IMG/VR virus record: IMGVR_UViG_3300049009_000175
Location: 1 to 24,825 of that record
Source of the DNA: a virus
Lineage: Duplodnaviria > Caudoviricetes
Reading direction: 5' to 3' (one strand)
Length of the DNA stretch: 24,825 nt
Both the position numbers and the translations under genes were made by a program. Shown here in pieces: positions 16,503 to 23,398 of this stretch. The notes beneath the pieces are model-generated. The model saw only the letters and a list, made by a program, of their open reading frames with translations. It was not told the DNA's origin and made no database searches. Each line of letters begins with the position of its first letter. The stretch's first letter is position 1.

Positions 16503-17279
16503 TTAGCGGCGCTGCGCTTCGTACTTACGGGTCTGGCGTTGACGCTCTGCTTCAATCCAATCTGACGTACTCATAGTCTTGGTAGACCGTGGATCTGTCG
16601 TGTCGTAAGACGGATTACCTGAAGCTCGTGCGGTCACCGGACTAATAGGTGCTGGTGCAGAAGTTGTTTTCTTTATCGTTGGGGTATTGACCAAATTGGC
16701 CTCAATCCGTCCGATTTCTTTTGCCTGCATGTAGGGCGACAAACGGGAGATTCGATCTGCTTCCTTAGCATTTGCACCGAGGTAGTAAGCTACATCAGGG
16801 CCAACATCTGAGGATTGAATCGTCTCAGCCATCACATCAGTGATTCGGATGTTCGGGTTATATGCGACTTGCTCGAAGTCATCATACTTTGACCGTGCTT
16901 CCTCTTCACGTTCATGGTAGCTCTCAAGAACCGTAGCTTTTTGTCGGGCAACATCACGCTTGGCAATCAGTTCTTCAGCCTTCTTGTATGCCAGTGCATC
17001 TGCATAGGCTTCAGGAGACTCGAATTGATCGACTGGCGGTACATTAACCGGCGTTCGCAGTACTTGCTGTTCGGCAAGTCGTTGTGCTTGGTCTCGTTCC
17101 CACTTACGTTGCTCTCTTGCGAGGCGTTTGCCAATTGCTGCATCTAGTTCCTCTTGCGAGAAAGTCTTAGAAACCGCATCTGACGTTTCCGGCGTTGTAA
17201 CTTCAGTTTCAGGCGTGGCCGTCAATACCTGCTCTGGCGCGGGTGCTTCCGCTAAGTCTTGTTGGACTTCATCTGTCAT
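16503..17279 (-). CDS. Scaffolding protein
   Basis: Acidic N-terminus, FSQEELDAAIGKRLAREQRKW coiled coil, Pro-rich C-terminal linker; directly upstream of the coat gene. Confidence 0.85.
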   Translation of the reverse strand: MTDEVQQDLAEAPAPEQVLTATPETEVTTPETSDAVSKTFSQEELDAAIGKRLAREQRKWERDQAQRLAEQQVLRTPVNVPPVDQFESPEAYADALAYKKAEELIAKRDVARQKATVLESYHEREEEARSKYDDFEQVAYNPNIRITDVMAETIQSSDVGPDVAYYLGANAKEADRISRLSPYMQAKEIGRIEANLVNTPTIKKTTSAPAPISPVTARASGNPSYDTTDPRSTKTMSTSDWIEAERQRQTRKYEAQRR

Positions 17280-17324
17280 TGTGAACCTTACAGTTCCCTG
17301 GTCAATCGGGCCAGTACGATTGGG

Positions 17325-17358
17325 ATTATGCTACAAAAATCACATCATGTGAATTTTG
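17325..17358 (-). promoter_or_regulatory. Sigma70-like promoter (TTCACA-N17-CATAAT) overlapped by a 25-bp imperfect palindrome
   Basis: -35 at 17348-17353, -10 at 17325-17330, 17-bp spacer. Palindrome CAAAAATCACA-TCA-TGTGAATTTTG (17334-17358) has one mismatch. Confidence 0.6.
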
Positions 17359-17452
17359 CATAACGTTACTTCTCAGTAATGGGTGCGGGTGTTACTTTGC
17401 TGATATGGGCTGCGTGGTCGCTAGGCGCAGCGAAGTAACCACTGTGGATGCT

Positions 17453-18919
17453 TTAAAAGACTTCATAAAACCCGCTTACATTTATGGTGTAGCCATTGGC
17501 ACCTGGGTAAGTGCCATCATAAAACTGGAGGCTGCAAACAGATGAGGCTGTATCAAGAAACCCAAGTACGCCCTTCCCTGTTAACGCACGTTCTTTTCCA
17601 TAAAAGTTTTGACCAATTGTTCCTACCGACGTTACTGGAACTGAAAACTGAAGTGCTGCTGATGCCGTGCCGTTTGTTGTTATTACAATTTGAACTTTTA
17701 CATAAATAATCTTTCCACGGCGCAAGTAATAGCCCGTAGAAGATGCTGATGTAAGTGTTCCAGAAACCGCCGAAAGTGTTGGTGTATATGGCACCCAAGG
17801 ATCACCAGCAAATTGGTCTACCCCGCGCTGAACGTGAATAGACCCGCCAATTTCTACAGTTGGAACTGGCGTTGAGTTTCCACTGTCAAGATAATAAATA
17901 GCATGGTCAATAGAAGCAAATGCAAATGCGGGGGAACCTGACGTGCCAAAGACGTGTATTGGTACGTTTCCGGTGTAAAACCAGAAGTGTTCATTACGAC
18001 AAGATACCGCCGCTGAAGCCCCACCCAAGCAAGTAACGCCTTCTGTTGCAGAGCCTCCACTAACCATGAATGCGCGTATAAATCGCCAATCATTATTGTC
18101 AGTGTTTATCAAATAGATGGATTGACTGTTTTTTAATTGGCAATCGACCCAGAATTCATTCATTGAGACGTTTGCAATGCCATCACCAGTGCAGTTTAAC
18201 GATACAGCCGAGGTTTCAACCTGGCGCCCCTTAAGATAAATTTTGTTTCGTTGAACATCCTTAGCTTCACCAAGCGACGCAACAACTGTTAAATCAAGAC
18301 CGGTTGTTGCGGCATTTGCAATGGCAACATCAATAAAACAATCCCGACAACTGACAAGTCTCATCCCGACATTTATGGTTCCACTATTGCAGTTAATACC
18401 AATGCCGGAAAACACCACATTGCTAACACGCTGATTGCTAACACCAGAGACGGCAGAGATAAGCACAAGGGGGCCAACAGTGCCATTTGCGCCAATCCAC
18501 TTCAGCACCGTTCCGGTCATTAGGGTTCCGGTATCGTGGATGTCACTACCTTCCCCAAAAATTTGTACATTGCTGACATTGATTGTCGGGAGCACTGCGC
18601 TCACGGCATATGTTTTTGCATCCATTCGGTGGGGGGTGCCAGGATTAGCAATTGCGGAATTAAAAAAGTTTGTAACAGCCGCAGTGTCATCCGTGACCCC
18701 ATCGCCGACCGCCCCAAAGTCCTTGACACTCACGGACTCGCGCAACTTTGCCTGCACCGTAGTCGCCACAGCACCAGTACCTGCTGGCAGGTAGCCCACA
18801 GCAGCATTAATATTACTCAACGTCGTCTGGGCTGTGACACCAGCCTGGACGATAGGTACAAGCTCCTCACCCGTAAGAGCAGATGAGTTGGGAAGTTGCG
18901 AAATCTTTTTGTCAGCCAT
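17453..18919 (-). CDS. Tailspike/fibre with pectate-lyase-3-type beta-helix (putative depolymerase/receptor-binding protein)
   Basis: MADKKISQLP N-terminus, GTGAVATTVQAKLRE linker, VSVKDFGAVGDGVTDDTAA motif, C-terminal WVPYTPTL...GYYLRRGKIIYV domain. Confidence 0.85.
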   Translation of the reverse strand: MADKKISQLPNSSALTGEELVPIVQAGVTAQTTLSNINAAVGYLPAGTGAVATTVQAKLRESVSVKDFGAVGDGVTDDTAAVTNFFNSAIANPGTPHRMDAKTYAVSAVLPTINVSNVQIFGEGSDIHDTGTLMTGTVLKWIGANGTVGPLVLISAVSGVSNQRVSNVVFSGIGINCNSGTINVGMRLVSCRDCFIDVAIANAATTGLDLTVVASLGEAKDVQRNKIYLKGRQVETSAVSLNCTGDGIANVSMNEFWVDCQLKNSQSIYLINTDNNDWRFIRAFMVSGGSATEGVTCLGGASAAVSCRNEHFWFYTGNVPIHVFGTSGSPAFAFASIDHAIYYLDSGNSTPVPTVEIGGSIHVQRGVDQFAGDPWVPYTPTLSAVSGTLTSASSTGYYLRRGKIIYVKVQIVITTNGTASAALQFSVPVTSVGTIGQNFYGKERALTGKGVLGFLDTASSVCSLQFYDGTYPGANGYTINVSGFYEVF

Positions 18920-19015
18920 GATCTACCTTAAGTTATACAAGTGGTTCAGCAACCATCACCAGCCCCATACGCGCCATAGCCACAAAAGGCTCCTGTGTAC
19001 TCACGTCCATTATTT

Positions 19016-19222
19016 TTAGACAGCCACGTCGGGTACAGCGGGGAACTGCGCATTGAACGCTTCACGGGCAGCAGTCATGCCGTCTTCAGGTGTAGCTGTA
19101 CCGTACTGAGACTGATACGACTTTGCGGCCATATTCGCAACCATGTTGGCATAACCTTCATTGGTATCAATAACGGTAGTCGGTTGCACGTAGTCGGAGA
19201 CAATAGTTACGGTGTAGATCAT
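19016..19222 (-). CDS. Hypothetical protein (68 aa)
   Basis: GAGGA RBS; ATGA-coupled to the upstream small ORF. Confidence 0.7.
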   Translation of the reverse strand: MIYTVTIVSDYVQPTTVIDTNEGYANMVANMAAKSYQSQYGTATPEDGMTAAREAFNAQFPAVPDVAV

Positions 19223-19368
19223 TTGGATTCCTCTTGATTGATTGATTCTTGGACAACGGTGGCAATGTCGTATGCCGGTTTGGCGACTTGCAGACCACCT
19301 GCTTTGACCGCAATGTCAAGCAGTTGCAGGAGGGTTTGGGCTTGTTCTTTGGTGAGTTCGATTTGCAT
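19219..19368 (-). CDS. Small helical protein (49 aa), possible fibre chaperone; absent from the ORF track
   Basis: MQIELTKEQAQTLLQLLDIAVKAGGLQVAKPAYDIATVVQESINQEESK*; AGGA RBS; starts 1 nt after the fibre stop; ATGA overlap downstream. Confidence 0.8.
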   Translation of the reverse strand: MQIELTKEQAQTLLQLLDIAVKAGGLQVAKPAYDIATVVQESINQEESK

Positions 19369-19369
19369 G

Positions 19370-20017
19370 TTAGGTTCCTACGTTGACCACGCCAGCGTTA
19401 TTCCAGAGAATACCGGGCCCTGGGTTTGATGTAGGCAAACCAGAAATAAGCAAATTAGCGGCAGAACCCGTGCCAGCATTTTCAGGCTTGATTGAGCAGT
19501 TACCTGCTGCAAAACCAATGCTTAGTCGGGTGTAGTTACTTGCGTCCGTGTACGTGTTGTACAACCGGAACGTCTGCGCTGCGGTGCTATTGCGCTGGGC
19601 TAGGGTGTTGGCTGCATCTGCATATAAACTAAACCCATTTGCCTGTGGGTTTGATACATTACTGGTTACGCAAATAGGTCGCCCAAAACTATTTAACCCA
19701 GCTTTTCCGAGATAAAAAGATGCTCCGCCAACTGATATTCCAACTTCTGGATTGCTACCAGCATTTCCAAGTGATACGCCAGTGTTAGTTGAAACGGCTT
19801 GATAAATAGCAAGTGGTGACCCATTGGATGCATCTACCGCACTGGATAATGCTCCTGCTTTGGTAATATTAAACTTACTAACCCCACCCACTTGAAAGTC
19901 AGCCAGCAGCGAAGCAGCCGCACTAGCGGTATCGGTGACGTTGAGCTTGAGGCCGGTGAAGGTAGTGCCTGCTGCGTTCCACGTAGTGGTAAGGTTTGAA
20001 ATAGGTACGTTTGCCAT
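19370..20017 (-). CDS. Short fibre-like virion protein
   Basis: MANVPISNL N-terminus; G/A/S/T/N-rich; C-terminal GLPTSNPGPGILWNNAGVVNV motif typical of fibre modules. Confidence 0.65.
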   Translation of the reverse strand: MANVPISNLTTTWNAAGTTFTGLKLNVTDTASAAASLLADFQVGGVSKFNITKAGALSSAVDASNGSPLAIYQAVSTNTGVSLGNAGSNPEVGISVGGASFYLGKAGLNSFGRPICVTSNVSNPQANGFSLYADAANTLAQRNSTAAQTFRLYNTYTDASNYTRLSIGFAAGNCSIKPENAGTGSAANLLISGLPTSNPGPGILWNNAGVVNVGT

Positions 20018-20032
20018 GATGTTCTTTCAGAC

Positions 20033-20206
20033 TTATAGAGTATCGGTGATGACAATATCACCAGCATCGGTTACGACCTGATCGCCTGCATCTGTTACAA
20101 CAAATTTATACGTTGCAGGAGGACTAGATTTTGATGTCGCAAGGGCAGTCAGGCTTCCCAGTCCAATTGGGAGACCGTTTCGGATTGGGATGCCAAAGTA
20201 ACTCAT
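20033..20206 (-). CDS. Small putative adaptor protein (57 aa) with VVTDAGD repeats
   Basis: Start reassigned to ATG 20206 (ATGA overlap with the upstream gene); C-terminus VVTDAGDQ-VVTDAGDI-VITDTL. Confidence 0.75.
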   Translation of the reverse strand: MSYFGIPIRNGLPIGLGSLTALATSKSSPPATYKFVVTDAGDQVVTDAGDIVITDTL

Positions 20207-20508
20207 TGGATATTGATTGGTTTGCAGTAGAGGTTGCCACCAGCAGAGATCTGGATAGCACTGACACGCCAAGGAGCACCAGTACCAGCAGGCACCTTGA
20301 ATGGGATCGGGGTATTAGCAGGGATCGGGGCACCGTTGCTCGTGGTCGCAGTGACACCTTCGCCAACAATGACGTAGCAAGCAGAGTCTGCCCACACTAC
20401 GACACCCTGGGCACCAGCAGGCCAACCCGTAACAGAACCAGCAGTGCCTGTGAAAGCAACCGTCTGGGCAGCAAATTGGCTACCAGCCAAAGGATTCAGA
20501 AGTTCCAA
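20203..20508 (-). CDS. Hypothetical beta-rich virion-associated protein (101 aa)
   Basis: TTG start with AGGAGAG RBS at 20514-20520; first gene of the fibre cluster. Confidence 0.75.
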   Translation of the reverse strand: MELLNPLAGSQFAAQTVAFTGTAGSVTGWPAGAQGVVVWADSACYVIVGEGVTATTSNGAPIPANTPIPFKVPAGTGAPWRVSAIQISAGGNLYCKPINIQ

Positions 20509-20519
20509 AAATACTCTCC

Positions 20520-20882
20520 TTATGCCAAAAATTTCAGCTTGTACAGGGTGGAAAGATACAGTGCCACGACTTCATCAATCAGATTGTGCAGTGCTGTATC
20601 TTTATGGTCAACTATCTCATATCGAGCATCTTCGATCTCTTTTAACTGATCGGTCAGAAACTCAATAATGTTGGTTGTCTTCTTAGCCGACATGAGACTG
20701 ATAGGCCCAATTAAACCATGACGGCCCTGATAAGCCTCAGAAAAACTATCAGCCAGACCCACGATCTCATCGTAGAACGTGTTCAGAGCACTGTGTTTAG
20801 CAAAGCTCCTAGTGTTCAAGTGCACGGAATGGGCCACATCCCGTGCCAAAAAGAGCATCCCTACAAAGTCATTCACTTTCAT
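20520..20882 (-). CDS. Dps/ferritin-like four-helix protein (DUF5856-like)
   Basis: AHSVHLNTRSFAKHSALNTFYDEIVGLADSFSEAYQG resembles the Dps pattern H-W-N...H......Y.......D...E; ATGA-coupled to the portal. Confidence 0.7.
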   Translation of the reverse strand: MKVNDFVGMLFLARDVAHSVHLNTRSFAKHSALNTFYDEIVGLADSFSEAYQGRHGLIGPISLMSAKKTTNIIEFLTDQLKEIEDARYEIVDHKDTALHNLIDEVVALYLSTLYKLKFLA

Positions 20883-23113
20883 TGTGGTACTCCTTGGGGC
20901 ATCTGCTGCATGGGTTGTTGGGGCATACCCTGAGACATGTCTTGTGGCATACCTTGGGACATCTCGGTCTGATCCTCTTGTGGAGACTCACGACCGGGCA
21001 TCTCACCCACCAAGTCACCCGATGTGATCATGCCGTGCAGAGTACCCATGACAATGTCTTGGATCTGCTCAGGAGACATCGATGCTTGAACAGCAGCGAT
21101 TCGTTTGGTCTCAGCATCAAATGCTTTGATCGTTGATTCAAACTCCTTGATCTCAAGATCACGGGTTTCAACGGACTTACCGAAGTTCTGGATCATCTGG
21201 TGCATCTGCTCCATTTCCTGACCCATTGCTTGCATCTGTTGCTGTGCAGCAGCCAGAGCAGGGTTGTCTTCAGCATCACCCATGAGCTTAGGATCAATGG
21301 TCTTGGCAAAGCGCTTCGCCATCTCCTGAGCACCAGGCCAGTCCATGTTCTTGACAAACAGGTCACCCGCCACTTGCCACAACTGAGGGTTACCCTGCAA
21401 GAGTTGAGCCATCGCTTCAAGAGCTTCCTGACGTTTGGTGGCATAACCTGGGCCGGTGGTCACGCAGACATCGTACTTACCCACAGACGGGTTGTAGATT
21501 TTCTCAATGACAACACCTTCTGGGTTCATGATCTTTTTGACTGGCTCTTGCTGGTCAGGGTTGATCTTCACCATGCTGGATTCGCCATCTTCACCGATGA
21601 TGCGTGCGATACGCTCGGTGTCGTAAATCTTGGGGATCAGTTCTACAAGTTGACGAGTAACGTTACGAACAGCACGAGCCAGATTATCGACATAGTGGTA
21701 AGTCCCAGTGTCGCCCTCTTTTTGACGGGCAAGAATTGCTTTACCAGATCGCTCGTTACCCTGCATCCCCAGCGAGGCGTCAAACTGGCCCGTGGTGGCC
21801 TTGATGTCCTCAGATGCACCCATCTTAGCCTGCAACAGACCAGACGATGCCATAGGAGGCTGTGCGCGTTGGGGCAGTGGCAGCATGTTGCCAGCACCAT
21901 CGGTCACATCAGGGTTTACTTCCAAATACGGCCAGTTCTGGGTATTGGCAGTCTTCCAGTTGTTCTCGTAGCCTTCAAACTGACCACCGTAACCAATAAA
22001 CGGTGCCTTGGGGGCCAGAGCCAGCATTTCGGCTTCTTGGGACACCCAGTAGTTGTACATACGCTGGGCATCTTTGGCATTACGCACCAGACCGGACACA
22101 TGGATGCGACCGTCAACCTCGTACTCGTTACCAACCACACGCACCACGGGGATGTACTTACCGGCCCACTCTTGCTCTTCCAGAACCTCGAAGCCGTTAA
22201 TCTTGCACCACTTCACCTTACGGCGATCAGCCGTGCGGGATTTGACGGGTTTGTCGTACAGAGCACGCAGCGACTTGTCTTCAGGTGTGCCGTCAAACGC
22301 AGTAGCTGCACCAGGGTACAGGTTCAAGGTGGCACGGTCGTAGTCGATGTAGAAGTACTCGGCAATCCGGATGGTCTTCTCGTTCATCCACTGAGCCAGC
22401 GACTGATCGCCTACACCTAGCGACTGGAGGGTATTGGCAGGAGAAGCATCGGGGTACAGACGGTGATACTCGTCCTTGGTGATGTCTTCAGTGATGAAGC
22501 ACCACTTGGCATCAGCACCACACGGGTCTTGGATCAATGGATCCATGTACACGCTGAAACTGTTCCGAATGCGACCAATCTTAATGTCTTGGTCAAAGCT
22601 ATCGTCAGAGCAGTACTCAGTCAGGATACGAATGTAGCCCTCACCGTATGCCACTTGGTTCTCACAGGCGGTGTCATAGGCGACATCGGCATCACTGATG
22701 TACTCGATGTGACGCACCATACCATCGAAAATCTCAGCCACTTCCACATCAGCATTGTCATCCACAGGGATCACTTTGCCACTGGGACGGTTCTGCCGTT
22801 GGTCATTGGTGACTTGGCGCACATGCTGTGGCAGCTTGTTAATGGTCAGGCAGGGGCGTGCGTTGATGGATTGACCTTGGACAGCGCCACGGGTCGCCAG
22901 AACGTCAGCAGGCCATTGCCAGTGGTTATCCGGTGACCCAGCATAGAACCGGAGGTCATCCAACTCATCTTCACGGGACTCAGAATAGGCCGAGATGGCG
23001 ATATTCATTCGGTCGCGTGCAATTGACAGAATTTCTGCCTTTTTGTCCGTACCCTTGGCACCACTGACGGTCAGGGACTGAACAGCATTTACGCCAGAGT
23101 AATCTTGGGGCAT
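20879..23113 (-). CDS. Portal protein, P22-like
   Basis: 744 aa; DDLRFYAG..QWP, RPCLTINKL, GLVRNAKDAQRMYNYW, GKYDVCVTTGPGYATKRQE; C-terminal coiled-coil barrel. Confidence 0.95.
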   Translation of the reverse strand: MPQDYSGVNAVQSLTVSGAKGTDKKAEILSIARDRMNIAISAYSESREDELDDLRFYAGSPDNHWQWPADVLATRGAVQGQSINARPCLTINKLPQHVRQVTNDQRQNRPSGKVIPVDDNADVEVAEIFDGMVRHIEYISDADVAYDTACENQVAYGEGYIRILTEYCSDDSFDQDIKIGRIRNSFSVYMDPLIQDPCGADAKWCFITEDITKDEYHRLYPDASPANTLQSLGVGDQSLAQWMNEKTIRIAEYFYIDYDRATLNLYPGAATAFDGTPEDKSLRALYDKPVKSRTADRRKVKWCKINGFEVLEEQEWAGKYIPVVRVVGNEYEVDGRIHVSGLVRNAKDAQRMYNYWVSQEAEMLALAPKAPFIGYGGQFEGYENNWKTANTQNWPYLEVNPDVTDGAGNMLPLPQRAQPPMASSGLLQAKMGASEDIKATTGQFDASLGMQGNERSGKAILARQKEGDTGTYHYVDNLARAVRNVTRQLVELIPKIYDTERIARIIGEDGESSMVKINPDQQEPVKKIMNPEGVVIEKIYNPSVGKYDVCVTTGPGYATKRQEALEAMAQLLQGNPQLWQVAGDLFVKNMDWPGAQEMAKRFAKTIDPKLMGDAEDNPALAAAQQQMQAMGQEMEQMHQMIQNFGKSVETRDLEIKEFESTIKAFDAETKRIAAVQASMSPEQIQDIVMGTLHGMITSGDLVGEMPGRESPQEDQTEMSQGMPQDMSQGMPQQPMQQMPQGVPQ
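20918..20962 (-). repeat. Imperfect 24-bp-period tandem repeat in the portal C-terminal tail (MSQGMPQ x2)
   Basis: Copies at 20918-20938 and 20942-20962. Confidence 0.7.
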
Positions 23114-23262
23114 TATTTCTTACCTTTTAGAGCTGGTTTAGCAGCTTCTCGCTTCACAGAGTATGCAATTGCAACGGCTTGCTTTACTGGCTTCCCAGCC
23201 TTCACTTCCGCCTTCACATTAGCGCGAAATGCTGCTGGTTTGGTGGATTTGGCAAGAGGCAT
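23113..23262 (-). CDS. Small Lys/Ala-rich protein (49 aa, KQAVAIAYS motif); absent from the ORF track
   Basis: MPLAKSTKPAAFRANVKAEVKAGKPVKQAVAIAYSVKREAAKPALKGKK*; TAATG overlap with the portal start. Confidence 0.85.
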   Translation of the reverse strand: MPLAKSTKPAAFRANVKAEVKAGKPVKQAVAIAYSVKREAAKPALKGKK

Positions 23263-23264
23263 GG

Positions 23265-23396
23265 TTATTTCCGCTTTGGTGCGACCTTGGTTTGGCGCTT
23301 GTCGGCGGCTTCTTCGCGTTTACTGCCCTCTTTACCCAAAGATTTCTTTTCCACGTCTTTGGTGGACTTCTCAAACGGTTTTGCTTTTGTGACCAT
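23265..23396 (-). CDS. Small Lys-rich protein (43 aa); absent from the ORF track
   Basis: MVTKAKPFEKSTKDVEKKSLGKEGSKREEAADKRQTKVAPKRK*; starts 2 nt after the terminase stop and ends 2 nt before the next ATG. Confidence 0.75.
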   Translation of the reverse strand: MVTKAKPFEKSTKDVEKKSLGKEGSKREEAADKRQTKVAPKRK

Positions 23397-23398
23397 GA

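Noticed and set aside
17334-17358. CRP-binding site
   Set aside because: Half-sites are in the order TCACA-N3-TGTGA, not TGTGA-N6-TCACA.
18933-19010. 25-codon minus-strand ORF MDVSTQEPFVAMARMGLVMVAEPLV
   Set aside because: Too short, with no clear RBS or recognisable motif; it may be a real mini-gene or a remnant but cannot be supported.
10285-20017. Diversity-generating retroelement or invertible fibre shufflon
   Set aside because: No reverse transcriptase, recombinase, adenine-specific TR/VR pair or inverted fibre cassettes were seen in the window.
21200-22936. 406-aa and 157-aa plus-strand ORFs
   Set aside because: Antisense shadows of the portal gene; His/Leu/Val-rich composition typical of reverse-frame artefacts.
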